A DNA stretch of 64,000 nt. It comes from Octopus vulgaris. Its lineage: Eukaryota. The stretch lies in the NCBI GenBank assembly GCA_951406725.2, contig OX597815.1:21266001-21330000 (forward strand). The letters run 5' to 3'. The position numbers were made by a program, and so were the translations under genes. Each line of letters opens with the position of its first letter. Position 1 is the first letter of the stretch. Below the pieces are notes generated by a model. It ran no database searches and was not told the origin of the DNA. It worked only from the letters and a program-made list of their open reading frames with translations. This document shows, piece after piece, positions 12,395 to 25,645 of the stretch.

Positions 12395-13860
12395 ATATAT
12401 TTTGCGTACATCTTTTTGTATGAAAGCTCTAGAAATATTTCCCTTATATTTGACTAGGATAAAATTAGAGGAAAAAAATGCCCACAAAGTAGAGGTTGAT
12501 ATATACATTACATCATATAAGTGTATTGCAGCCAGTTAGAATGGTCAAAATAGTGAATGAAAAAGTTACATCAGTTGCTTTATCAGCAAATGATATCTCA
12601 GCTTATATTTGGAGAATGTCTCTCAGAGATGTCTGACTTTCATTCAAGACACAATGTAGTGAAATATATGATAAGGAAAAACATCAATTATAACACCAAA
12701 GAGGAGATCTTGAACTCCTGACAACTGATTCATAAAAAGAAGTAATAATCTTTATGACAATTTACTGTTATTACTTACCACTGTCTGATAGTGTTGATAG
12801 AAGTATCTCAATTATCTTGAAATGTTAAAGAGGCATACAATATGATGGGTAATCATGATTATCACCTCATCTATAGAACATTAATGCTTTCTGCTAAAGG
12901 CACAAAGCCTAAAATTATAGGGGTGGGCAATTACATCGACCCCAGTTCTCAACTGATATTTTATTGATCCCAAAAGGATGAAAGGCAAAGTTGGCCTCTG
13001 CAGAATTTGAACCCAGATCGTAAAAGACGAATGAAATGCCACTAAGCATTTTGTCTAGAATGTTAACAATTCTGCCAGTTTGCCACCTTAAGAAGTGACA
13101 GTGATAACATCTAAGAACAGTTAATTGGATAAATTGCAACAGTCGTGCAAATCTGAACCATTCTTTTATTTATATATTTTATTTCTTGTACCCAGGAAGA
13201 TAAAAAGTCAAGTTAACTCTGACAAGAGTTGAACTTGAAATCAAAAAGGACAAGACGTAAATACAAAATTGTGTTTAGGCTGGCACTCTACCACCTTGGC
13301 CAACTGCAACACTGTCTGCTGAAAAGATTACAACAGTTCAATAATATACTGGAATGGGAAGTGTTATTGTTTTTTTACAGGGCAGGGCCAAATGTGGGTA
13401 CCATGAGCGCAAGAAACAACAGTTTAAATAACATGAAGGAATGTGATGTGTTAATATGCAACCAAACAAGAAGTTAAAACTGAAAAGCAATTCAGTTAAA
13501 AACAAAACAAAAACAGAATCATAAATACATAAATTATACAATTTATATCTATATGCATATACACACACACATTTATTCATACACAAACATACATTTATGC
13601 ATACACACATCCATTCATATATTCACACAAATAGTCATTCACATGCATATATAATCAAGTTTAAATATGAATATGGTCAAAATTCTATGTTAATAGAACG
13701 AAAACCCATTTCAGATTTAGGATGGATCGGCTTTTTGTCCAGCCTGCCAAAGAAAACAAAAACAAATATATATACAGGTAAAAGGTTCTATGAAGTCCTG
13801 GCATGATCACATAAATGGAAGTGGTTTGTAAGGCCTTCTCAGGTAAACAGTATTCCGGGA

Positions 13861-13944
13861 TCAGATTGAAAATTTGGGCTCAGATGGCTTCTCATTCACA
13901 TTTTCTGATGTGGTTTCTGTAGTGCTTGATACTGAACCTTTCAA
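13861..13944 (-). CDS. TVP23: TVP23/FAM18 Golgi membrane protein, exon 7 (terminal)
   Basis: Minus-strand ttttttttatctgcag acceptor. Encodes LKGSVSSTTETTSENVNEKPSEPKFSI then TGA. Phase 0 matches exon 6. Confidence 0.78.
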   Translation of the reverse strand: MKGSVSSTTETTSENVNEKPSEPKFSI

Positions 13945-14189
13945 CTGCAGATAAAAAAAATTAACATGTAAACAATAATGTGAGTGATGAACAAAGGATG
14001 TAGCAAAATAAATGCATGAGTGTTTGATGGTGAACATGTAAACAGTAAACTTCACAAATCAATGATCGATACCTCTCTATGTTGTTGCACGACCTGCTAG
14101 AAATAGCAGTCAAATCTCCCTAAAAAAAACACTCTACAGTCTAATAAAAATGGAATGACATTGGATAATGTTATCTCACATTATTTTAA

Positions 14190-14412
14190 CCCTTTAGTAT
14201 TTAAACTGGCCATATCCGGCCAAAAGTATTCTGATTGTTTTATGTTCAAACTGGCCAGATCTGGTCTCTCAGACCAACCTTACAATATCGTTTTGAAAAT
14301 TAACAGCTACCTCATCAAAAGCTCGTAACTACAAGATTAATGAATGATTAGTTCAAAACAATGTGGATAAAAAAAGCATTAATTTTGGCAGAATAATGTG
14401 AACACTAAAGGG
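14190..14412. mobile_element. piggyBac-type MITE; other copies at 23490-23710 and 29674-29894
   Basis: TTAA TSD, CCCTTTAG...CTAAAGGG termini, three similar ~221-bp copies. Confidence 0.88.
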
Positions 14413-14975
14413 TTAAAGAAAAAAGACAAGAATGAACACAGCTGGAAAGTTTTAGACTGCAAAAGCTGACCTTACCATAGTTTTAAATTAGTTATATACA
14501 AACGGACCTTTACTACCCTAGTTATAATAAAGTTATACTGACTGACTTTTAACACTACCATAGTTACAGGTATATTCTAACTAACCTTCAACAAGACACT
14601 TCACTTCGCATTGCTCAAATCCACTCTGCTAAAAATGAGCAGCTGGGAGTTAACCTTGCCAAGGACTGGCATGCTATCCAGGAATTAATCTTGTATTTTC
14701 AGCCACTGACTACTTCAGAAACCATAATAAGCTCTGGCCTAATGAGCCTGCAGACTTCAGAATAGCTTTTAATCAACTGACACTTGACACTCACTACTGT
14801 AGTTCTAATAGTTACATACTAACCTTTAATACTCACTACTTGAGGCTTGAGAAAGACTTTTAATTAACTGAGTGTTGACACTCACAACCATAGTTATAAC
14901 ACAGCTAATGAATTCTATACCCCTAATATAAACATAGAGACCAATGCCTTCCATGGCATCTTCCAACCATGGAGT

Positions 14976-15026
14976 TTTGTCAGTGAACAGGTCGCGGTCT
15001 CAAAGCGACGAAAATATTTTGACAAA
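14976..15026 (+). ncRNA. Type-I hammerhead-like motif, G3-C8 core variant
   Basis: uuuguca-GUGAACA-g-gucgc ggucucaaa gcgac-GAAA-auau-UU-ugacaaa; 7-bp stem I, 5-bp stem II, palindromic stem III. Confidence 0.62.
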
Positions 15027-15288
15027 TTAAATTTAAATGTTGAAGTGAATCTAACGGTTTTTGTGTGTTTCTTAAATGGCTTATAAACACCTTCCATGCT
15101 GCAATTGTTTTCATTCCAGCACACGATCTCAGATCAGGTCACTTGCTATGCAAGTACATCTCCGTAATATATATATATATCACCGTGACCAACCAGGCTA
15201 TTAGATGTTGCTACACATCGCTGGTCACAATGCGCTTTGCATTGCTTTAGCCTTCAAATGACACCACCCCGCTGGCTAAGCGAGCAGG

Positions 15289-15329
<41 letters not shown>

Positions 15330-15540
15330 CAGGTTCATTTTTAACTAGTCTACTGTGAAACAGTTTAGACTTGTTGACCAGTAAGCGAAAAACTAGAGTT
15401 ATGAGTTAAGGGCCTTGCTCAAAAGTAAACCACAAAGTCTGAACTCAAGGTTATCGACCATGTAGCTCACAAGTTAAGCAACTTAGCCTCACAGCCATTA
15501 TGAAACAGTAGAAAAGAAGGAATTAAAATAACCAACTTAC

Positions 15541-15669
15541 TGTTTGTAGAATATGCTGTCCTAAGAAATTGGAAGCTACACTTCGCAAGGATTTCTTGGC
15601 ACCAATTTTACACCGGATATATCCATAAAGATTAGCACCATTCATTACAATACCAACAATCACAACCAT
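15541..15669 (-). CDS. TVP23: TVP23 exon 6
   Basis: ttttccag acceptor and gtaagt donor. Encodes MVVIVGIVMNGANLYGYIRCKIGAKKSLRSVASNFLGQHILQT; GANLYGYIRCK is a TVP23 hallmark. Confidence 0.95.
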
Positions 15670-15769
15670 CTGGAAAAGATAAAATATTTTGAGCGTTTAT
15701 TCCAATTTACAGTATAGTGTGTAAGTAAACAGGAAAGCTGTTGAAATTATTTTCTGTTAAAAGTCAAAT

Positions 15770-16169
15770 GGATCTTTTCAGTTTGAACGGCAGTTTTTTT
15801 AAATAATTTCCACGTAACTAAACACTTTTAAACTTCGTATACTGTTTATAAAACATCTTGTTCTCTTGACTTTATTGAGAAAATTCTATAGTTTGTAAGA
15901 TATTTGTTGTTTTTTTTCTTCAATTTCTGCAATTTCAACCAATCAATGACCGTCTATTGAGGTGAAAACATTCTGTGCCGTATGAAAATGTCCCTCGTTT
16001 AAGAAACAGATTGGGTTTATTTACATTTCTGAAGAAAAAAGATACCCTTCCCCCACCCCTAACCCTAAAATAAATTGAAATGCGATAGATCGATACTAGG
16101 GTCATAATTATGGGTGACAATTTCATATGACACCGCTAGAAAAAACTGCTGTTCAAACTGAAAAGATCC
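15770..16169. mobile_element. Second copy of the 2388-2799 MITE, opposite orientation
   Basis: Same TIRs with reverse-complemented interior; TSD agtcaaat on both sides. Confidence 0.88.
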
Positions 16170-16399
16170 AGTCAAATTAATGAGTACCAATCAGATAAAA
16201 GTCATAATTGGGAAATAGGGTATAACCAATATAGTATCTCCTTATATTCTCTTTAGGACAGATTACTGATCAAGGAGCCCTATGATCAAAGAATTCCAGC
16301 CATGACCATTCCATCTCAAAGAATGTACTACACAGCATAATTTAGTGATTAGTACTTTGGAATAAGACCTAGATGGACTCAGGGACTCAATATGGAGGA

Positions 16400-17900
16400 T
16401 GAACATATAGAAAGTTCAAGAGTCAATGAGCAATCAGAGATTCAGAGAACTAATTGAAACATTTGTCACAAGAGAGGAATAGATGGAAATTTGTAATATA
16501 GAGGACAACTGGAAGTTCCTAGAAGGCAATTTGTGGGTTACTGGGGTAAGACTACAGCTAGACATAAGGTGACAGTACAGTGGAAATAATCTTAAAAGCT
16601 AAGAGACAGAGCTGGAAAGAATGGAAAAAAGAATGTAGCAGCAAGTATAAGAAAAGCTAGATGTTAGGTGTACTTAGCAAGGAAAGAAGCAGAAAGTAAG
16701 AAATTCACCAATGTTCTACAGTGTGAAAAAAAGAGGTAAAGTTTCCAAACTGCAGAGGTAAAGTGCTCAGAGAGAACCAAGACATGGGAGAGAAGTGTGG
16801 ATGAACAATAACAGCACTTTTATTGATAATAATAATAATAATTGTGTACAGTGCTCAGGTGCACTACAACTCATCTAAAGTGTATATATAATCAGGTGTA
16901 GTTTCGGTGGATTTCGGAAAGCATGCAGTCAACAACTGACGCAGGCAGTTTATTCCATGCTATGATATTAAAAAGGAAGAGGCAGGGAAGTGCTATTCTG
17001 AGAGGTTGTTGAATGAAGGGAATACATGAAAAAAAGAGGGTCCCCTAAAACTAGACCAACAGAGATAAAACCATTCAAGATGACAACAATATGGTACACA
17101 GAGTGATTAAGAATATATAGGTAGGGAAGGCATCAGGTTCATTAGGAATACACACTGAGGTACTTAAAATATTTGGTGGAGTTAGGCATAGGATAGTTAT
17201 CCTCATAGTCAATCACTACAGGAAGGTGTCATACTCAATAACTGGTATAGTATCATTATTGTCAACTGTTACAAGAGAAAAGTTGTACTAAAGAGAAGAA
17301 ATTCCATAGGTATCAAATTATTGGACCGGGTTATGGAATGAGTAGTAACTGAACTGATTAGGAAGAGAATTAACCAAGATGAGACATAGTTCAGCTTCGT
17401 ACTAAGAAGAGGTACTATTGATTCCATTTTGCCAAAGTACTATGAGTAAACCCCTATACCAAGCAGTTGTTGACTTGGAAAAGATCTTTGACCAGGTTCT
17501 ATGCTCTGTAAACTGGTGATGCCAAGGAAACTAGTAGATAAATGGCTTGCAAGAGCCGTTCAAGTCATGTACAGGGATTCGACCAACAATGAGTTTAGCA
17601 TGCAGGTAGGAATTCCTCAGGGATAATCCTCATCTCCCTCCTCTTTGTTATAGTTATCCAGGTCATAACAAGGGAGTTAGTTCTTATAAGTAATCTGTAA
17701 CAGGTTTAGAAAATAAATTCCAAACTTGAGAGCAGAATTTAGAATAGGGATGTCTCAAAGTAAATGCAGAAAGTTATCATTAGTAATAGTCAGACTCAAT
17801 ATGCAGAAAAAGAGCGGGTAGAAATTCCATCTAGCATAGCCAATACGGATTACAGATACACAAGAGATGTAGGGGCATGGTAGGCAAATAGAGAAGTTAG
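16400..17900 (+). mobile_element. Heavily decayed RTE-type reverse transcriptase remnant, with a nested CR1-like tail at about 16840-16960
   Basis: Frameshifted RT motifs are recognisable: GIKLL, F...RGTIDSI, VDLEK.FD.V, VG.PQG. Boundaries approximate. Confidence 0.6.
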
Positions 17901-18303
17901 AATTCAGATGTAGAAGGATATCTAAGATGATCTATGTCTAAATGAGAGGAATCATGGTAACAGCTTTAATGGTTAAACATATGAGGCATAAAAGCAAGAA
18001 TCAACTAAGATTTTCTCTCTCTCTCTCTCACACACCCAAGAAATCAATGTAACATCTACCATTTGTTATTCAGCCCTGATTCAACAGAGTTATGATCAAA
18101 AGCATTCCAGCCATTGCCATCTAATCTTTTCAGGAATAGGCGCAGGAGTGGCTGTGTGGTAAGTAGCTTGTTTACCAACCACATGGTTCCGGGTTCAGTC
18201 CCACTGCGTGGCACCTTGGGAAAGTGTCTTCTACTATAGCCTCAGGCTGACCAAAGCCTTGTGAGTGGATTCGGTAAACGGAAACTGAAAGAAGCCCGTC
18301 GTA

Positions 18304-18341
<38 letters not shown>

Positions 18342-18681
18342 TGTGTGTTTGTCCCCCTAGCATTGCTTGACAACCAATGCTGGTGTGTTTATGTCCCCGT
18401 TACCTAGCGGTTCGGCAAAAGAGACCGATAGAATAAGTACTGGGCTTACAATAGAATAAGTCTCGGGGTCAAGTTGCTCGATTAAAGGCGGTGCTCCAGC
18501 ATGGCCGCAGTCAAATGACTGAAACAAGTAAAGAGTAGGACAAGATGGTGGAGAGGGAGATTTGGATGCTATTTCTAACTGCTTGATCAACAAGGTGGTG
18601 GCTGTCTCATTAGTTTGAACAAATTCCAGTAACACATTAATAGAGATGAAAAGTAGCTGTTAATTTCAAATTGATACTTAC

Positions 18682-18807
18682 AAACCACTCAAAGTTGAGT
18701 GTGAAGATTGTTCCAAAAAATAGCACAATCCATACTATTTGGCAGGATACGAGAGACAACCAGAACACTCTGGATTCCACAGCTGTTACTTTGCTTTTGG
18801 AAGATCC
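18682..18807 (-). CDS. TVP23: TVP23 exon 5
   Basis: ccccaacag acceptor and gtaagt donor. Encodes GSSKSKVTAVESRVFWLSLVSCQIVWIVLFFGTIFTLNFEWF (ESR.FW motif plus transmembrane segment). Confidence 0.95.
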
Positions 18808-18889
18808 CTGTTGGGGCAGAAAATAAACATTTTACATTTTCACAATTTAGAGATGAAGGATTATAAAAACAATTGTTATTAAATATTAA

Positions 18890-19235
18890 AATAATAATAA
18901 TAATAATAATAATGAAATTATTGTATACAGTGCTCAGCTGCACCACAACTTGTCAAAAGTGCATATAAAGCATATGCAGTAATGTACAAATGTCTGGAAA
19001 GCGAACAGTGTATGAGTCAGATACATGCTTGCGTGTGTATGGAGGGGAGAAAATCAGGTGTAGTGTTGGCGAATCTCAGGAAGCATGGAAGTTTTGTAGG
19101 ATGCAGTGCTCCAACAACTAACAACTGATGCCAGCAGTTTGTTCCATATTTCAGCAACTCTTAGCGTGAAAAATTGTTTCCACAAGTCATGGGAGCTGTG
19201 CTGTTTTCTGACTTTGTAAACATGTCCACAGGTGG
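18890..19235 (-). mobile_element. CR1/L2-type LINE 3' end
   Basis: Encodes GHVYKVRKQHSSHDLWKQFFTLRVAEIWNKL, followed by a 3' UTR and (ATT)n tail. Confidence 0.72.
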
Positions 19236-20494
19236 AGTTTAACCTCATCATATAGAATTTTGGATGAGGACAGCCGTGTAAAGAAGTGCCGATCTCTAAC
19301 CATAGAGGGAACTTGTGGTAGAGATAGATCCAAGAAGACATGGGACGAGGTGGTGAAGCATGATCTTCAAACTCTGGGTCTCACAGAAGCAATGACTAGT
19401 GACTGAGACCTTTGGCGATATACTGTGCTTGAGAAGACACATCAAGCCAAATGTGATCATAGTCATAGCCAATGCTGGTGTCACATAACTGGCACCCATA
19501 CCAGTGGCACATAAAAATCACCTTTCGAGCGTTGGGCCTCATGGAGGCAAAGTGGCTGATGCCAGTGGCATGTAAAAAAAAACCCTTTTGAATGTTGGGC
19601 CTCATGGAGGTAATGACAAATGACCAAGACTTTTGGCATTATGTCATGCTTGCGAAGAAGACTCATCAGGCCAAGTAAAATCGCAGTTGTGGAAGATACT
19701 GGTGTCCCACAAATGGTACCTGTGCCAGCGGCATGGAAAAGCACCTATTACACTCTTGGAGTGGTTGGTGTTAGGAAGGGAATCCAGCCATAGAAACCAT
19801 GCCAAATCAGATTGGAGTCTGGTGCAGCCTTCCAGCATGCCAGCCCTGGTCAAACCGTCCAACCCATGCCAGCATGGACAATGGACATTAAATGATGATG
19901 ATGGTGACAACGGTGTAATACAAGATTCTAAACTGTGACACTCACTATTATACTGAAATAACACTAATGTGGAGTGGTAGGTAGTTAAGATTGTAAAATA
20001 TCTACAGAGTGACATTGTTAGAAATGGTGCTAGAATTCCTCCAATGTGGAGTGGCAGGTATATATAAGGAGTTAAAATACCATTATATACCATGTTAGGA
20101 AGGGTATCTAGCTGTAGAAACACTGCCAGATCAAACTGGGCCTGGTGCAGCCTCCTGGCTTCCCAGACCCCAGTCGAACCGTCCAACCCATGCTAGCATG
20201 GAAAGCGGACGTTAAACGATGATGATGATGATGATACCACCTATATGGAGTAGCATTGCTAGTTAATGTGTTAAGATACTATGAGGAGTGTTTAAAGAGT
20301 GGCAATAGTGTTTTTGCTGTTGAAATACCACTTGTGAAGAGTGGCATAGGTGGTATTTCAGCACTATACCTATCTGGAGTCTCTATACAGCGACACTGGT
20401 AGTTATGGTGAATTCAAACCATTTAGGTGACATGTCTACAGAATGACAATACTGAATTTCTTGTCCAGTTTATAAGTTTAGAAACAATGAACTA

Positions 20495-20853
20495 CAGGGT
20501 GTGTAAGATATTTGAGGACAGATTTATGTTTATAAAAAAAATAGATATATAATAACTGATAATAATTTTATTTACAAAAAATGCTATGAGGGTAAAAAAT
20601 AAACCTTCTTTTCTATAATGTTATTCAATAAAGCCACCTTCAGCTTCAACAACTGCTTCTACATGAGAATCAAGTGGTCCTGGTTCATTTTGGACATTAA
20701 TCTGACCATGGCAGCTTTCAAAGAATCTTTGGTGTTATGGGTATGTTCATTGACCTCTTTCTCAATAATACTCCACATGTAATAGTCCAATGGATTGAGA
20801 TCTGGGGAATTAGGAGGCCAAATGCTAGGGGTTATGTGATCATGAAAATTTTC
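20495..20853 (-). mobile_element. Tc1/mariner-superfamily transposon 3' remnant
   Basis: Encodes WPPNSPDLNPLDYYMWSIIEKEV; terminus ta|cagggtg. Confidence 0.78.
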
Positions 20854-20855
20854 TA

Positions 20856-21008
<153 letters not shown>

Positions 21009-22370
21009 CTAAGTGATGAAAGGAAAATACCAGGGAAATATTTCAGTGAATGTTATAGAGTAATCAGATAAGGAAGAGATGTTTTTGTATGGTGTATACA
21101 ATGTACTCATTCAATGTACGCATTCAATATCTTTTATTGACAATGAGATTATATTTAGATGATCAAAAACATTAAAAAGTAACATACACAATCTCTAGTT
21201 TGGAAGTCAGATAATCTACTAATTTTGAATCAAGTACATCAACATCAAAAATCAATGGAAATGATAGTCGTGATCCCTGTGCCAGTGGCACGTAAAAAGC
21301 ACCAACCGATTGCGGCTGTTGCCAGCCTTGCCTGGCACCTGTGCCGGTGGCACTTAAAAAGCACCCACTACACTCACGGAGTGGTCGGCATAAGGAAGGG
21401 CATCCAGCTGTAGAAACACTGCCAGATCAGATCAGACTGGAGCCTGGTGCAGCCTTCTGGCTTCCCAGAACCCAGTCGAACCGTCCAACCCATGCTAGCA
21501 TGGAAAGCGGACGTTAAATGATGATGATTTCTATGAAAGTCCTTACAAAGTTACTACATCTAAGCACTATCAGTCAGACTTTCTATTTCCCTTCGTCTTT
21601 CCTGTTTAACTAATTAATTGACACTGTCTTCAGTCATTTATAGTTTTAGATAATTATCATGCTGATGTGATCCTTCAGGACACTAGGCTAGTCCACCTAA
21701 ATAACAATTCATCCACACATGTTGTAACTCCCCAAATTTATACAGAAATTCAGGGTAGAGGTTAGTGGATATCATTTGACAAGTATCAATCCCCAGACGA
21801 TGAAACACAAAGTTGTTCTTGGTGAGATTTGAACTCAGAAATGTAAAGAACCATAAGAGCTCTAGTGATTCTTCAAGATACCAGAAACAGCAACAATAAT
21901 CAACAAAATTTAATGAGGCTCAGCACCCTGAGAACTGACTTTATCAATTCTTCACACACCTCTAATAAAAGCAATATATCATTTTATTTTATTAATAAGC
22001 CCATAGGCCCTATATGTTAAATGCTAAATGAAAAGTTATTATCTTGTTTTTTTTATGGTTTAGTCAGCGGATAAAAGGAAGCACCCAAGTCTTCATTGCA
22101 GAGCCTCTAGTATTAGAAGGGAAGAGGATAAGCCAAAACTCAAGGGTTATTACCAAACTGGAGATCTGGTCTGAATTCTTGCATTTACAGTGGTCTCTGC
22201 TACAGGCACCCAAGGATAGGATGATGGTGGTGGTGGTGTGATACTAATGGCATGGATGTCAAGACCATAGACACCGGAAGTGAAATTGCTCCAAACAGCT
22301 AACAAAACCATTTTGCAATCTCACCACACTAGGGTCTTGCCTCTTGTCCTATGGTATAAGCAAAAAAAAA

Positions 22371-22601
22371 GGCAGCGAGCTGGCAGAAACGTTAGCACGC
22401 CGGGCGAAATGCGTAGCCGTATTTTGTCTGCCGTTACGTTCTGAGTTCAAATTCCGCCGAGGTCGACTTTGCCTTTCATCCTTTCGGGGTCGATTAGATA
22501 AGTACCAGTTACGCACTGGGGTCGATATAATCGACTTAATCCGTTTGTCTGTCCTTGTTTGTCCTCTCTGTGTTTAGCTCCTTGTGGGTAGTAAAGAAAT
22601 A
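22371..22601 (+). mobile_element. tRNA-derived SINE family 2. Other copies at about 25130-25428(-), 41302-41528(+), 42343-42490(-), 52837-53072(-), 54325-54554(+), 54805-55203(-), 55716-55929(+), 56590-56820(-), 62758-62986(+)
   Basis: Head ggcggcgagctggcagaa...gagttcaaattcc and central gcctttcatcctttcggggtcgataaa. TSDs visible: ggtataagcaaa here, agtattatatgtc at 54325, gcaagaagtt at 56590. Confidence 0.9.
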
Positions 22602-23116
22602 GGTATAAGCAAACTCTTAATATATTAGTTTTCTTTCTGATAAAGCCATAATAAATACAACACTTACTAGTCAACATAAACTTGACAGTAAATTCGACTC
22701 TACTCTCAATACTGAACCCCTCCAACAGTGAATATTCTGTTGTCATTCTTAAACTTGCTATAAAATAATAACTTCAATTTAACATTTAGAAAACATATAA
22801 GATACCAACGTCGCCTTACTGGCACCTGTGCTGGTGGCATTTGTAAAAAGATTTGAGCAAGGTCGTTGCCAGTACTGCCTGACTGGCCCCCGTGTCGGTG
22901 GCACATAAAAAGCACCCACTACACTCTCGGAGTGCTTGGCGTTAGGAAGGGCATCCAGCTGTAGACACTCTGCCAGATCAAGATTGGAGCCTGGTGCAGC
23001 CATCTGGTTTGCCAGACCTCAGTCAAAATCGTCCAACCTATGCTAGCATGGAAAGTGGACATTAAACGATGGTGATGATGGTGATGATGATGATATTAAA
23101 AAAGCTTTTTTTTTTA

Positions 23117-23308
<192 letters not shown>

Positions 23309-23363
23309 TTAATATTTCAAATATTACAATATTAGCTGAAATGCTTGTTTCTTTATATATATA

Positions 23364-24143
23364 CAGGGTGGACCAAAATGATCTGACACATTTGGAGGCT
23401 TAATAAAAGCACAAAATAAGAAATAATGAAAAGAAAAATTTCATTTTCTGAATGTACATATAATGTCATTTTATTTCATTAAGTTTTAACCCTTTAGCAT
23501 TTAAACTGGCCATATCCGGCCAAAAGTATTCTGCCTGTTTTATGGTCAAACTGGCCAGATCTGGTCTCTTGCACCAACCCTACAATATCATTTTAAAAAT
23601 TAACAGCTACCTCATCGAAATCTCATAGCTACAAGATAATGCATGATTAGTTCAAAACAATGTGGATGAAAAAGGATTAATTTTGGCAGAATAATGTGAA
23701 CACTAAAGGGTTAAAAATTAAATCAGCTAAATGCTTCCCATCATTGTCAACACACTGTTGGAGACGTTCATGAAAGTTATCGATAACTCTATGGATCATT
23801 TCTTCTGGAACGGTTGCTATTTCTACACAAATTACATGTTTTAATTCATCAATAGATCGAGGGTGATGACTGAACACTTTTGATTTTAAATATCCCCACA
23901 AGAAGAAATCACATTTCACCATTCCAGAAGAAATGATCCATAGAGTTATCAATAACTTTCCTGAACGTCTCCAACAGTGTGTTGACAATGATGGGAAGAA
24001 TTTAGCTGATTTAATTTTTAAAACTTAATGAAATAAAATGACATTATATGTACATTCAGAAAATAAAATTTTTCTTTTCGTTATTTCTTATTTTGTGCTT
24101 TTATTAAGCCTCCAAATGTGTCAGATCATTTTGGTCCACCCTG
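23364..24143. mobile_element. Fold-back Tc1/mariner derivative with a nested piggyBac MITE
   Basis: TA TSD and cagggtgg...ccaccctg ends; ~230-bp inverted arms; CDFFLWGYLKSKV...RLQQCVDNDGKHL transposase C-terminus. Confidence 0.85.
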
Positions 24144-24151
24144 TATAATCA

Positions 24152-24980
24152 CTATGAGGTGGTATCAAAAAGTTCCCAAACTAGTTCTGTAGTGTGCCAA
24201 CAGATGGCAGCTGATGGTTGCATGTGCAGTGAGAGCTAGCAGTGACATTCATGAGGCAGTGTGCCAAGTGACATCACAGTGTTTACTTTGCAAGTTGTGA
24301 AATTTGTGTTTTTTGTGATCACATGTATGCTTTAGTCTGCGATTTTTGTCATGTTCAGGAAGCTGGAACAAAGAGCTATGAAATTTTATGTTAAACTTAG
24401 GAAGTCTGCTACAGAGACATTGAATACTTTGGTAAGCTTACGACATCGAGGCAATAGGTCAGACACAATGTTTTGAGTGGCACAGGTGCACGACAGAGCC
24501 ACATCTGAATCAAGAGCATGGTCATCATTTTCTTGCAACATCTGTGACCTGCTGTGCTTGAGGAGACCTATTGAGCCAAGTACATCAACATCAACATCAA
24601 AATAAATATCAAATGGAAATTGTAGTTGTGATACCTGTGCCAGTGGCACGTAAAAAGCACCAACTGATCGTGGCCGCTGGCACCTGTGTCAGTGGCACGT
24701 AAAAAGCACCCACTACACTCACGGAGTGGTTGGCGTTAGGAAGGACATCCAGCTGTAGAAACACTGCCAGATCAGACTGGAGCCTGGTGCAGCCTCCTGG
24801 CTTCCCAGACCCCAGTCGAACCGTCCAACCCATGCTAGCACAGAAAACGACGTTAAATGATGATGCTGATGATGATCTGCAGTATTGTGCATCAAGAATT
24901 CATCCCCCAGGGCCAGACCATCAATCAAGAGTTCTACAGTGATGATCTGAAGTGTCTGAGAGAAGACATTCAGCAGAAGT
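24152..24980 (+). mobile_element. Decayed mariner element interrupted by a family-3 repeat
   Basis: LEQRA/MKFYVKLRKSATETL/CFEWH (mariner HTH region) and IVHQEFIPQGQTINQEFY (catalytic region). Confidence 0.7.
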
Positions 24981-25568
24981 AAATCTGTATGAATGTGTAT
25001 GTTTCTCTCCTTGTCTTGACATTGCATGGTAGTTGTAAAAGGATTGTCACCATCATACAAATAGTCATTCATTCCCAATATTCTGTGTGAACATGTCTGA
25101 ACATGGGTAAATATTACCAATTTTTTACTACCCACAGGGGGCTAAACAAGGACAGACAAACGGATTAAGTCGATTACATCGACCCCAGTGCATAACTGGT
25201 ACTTATTTAATCAACCCCGAAAGGATGAAAGGCAAAGTCAACCTTGGCAGAATTTGAACTCAGAACGTAGCAGCAGTCGAAATACCTATTTCTTTACTAC
25301 CCACAAGGGGCTAAGCACAGAGAGGACAAACAAGGACAGACAAATGGATTAAGTCGATTATATCAACCCCAGTGCGTAACTGGTACTTAATTTTATCGAC
25401 CCCGAAAGGATGAAAGGCAAAGTCGACCCATGTATGGGTTGGCAACAGGAAGAGCATATTACTGTAGAAAATTTGCTTCAATAAATTCCATCCATCCCAT
25501 GGAGTTAAAATGATGATGATAATGCAAAGTGAAATTACTTCTAAAATGATCTCCCTTCTTATACTTAC

Positions 25569-25645
25569 TTCACCTTCTTCCTTCGTTCCAGGATATCCTC
25601 TTCTTCACCAAAATTCATCACCTCTTCTGTCCCATCCATAATGAC
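25569..25645 (-). CDS. TVP23: TVP23 exon 2
   Basis: tttacag acceptor and gtaagt donor. Encodes VIMDGTEEVMNFGEEEDILERRKKV(K), an acidic-then-basic N-terminus like TVP23B; phase 0/2. Confidence 0.9.
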
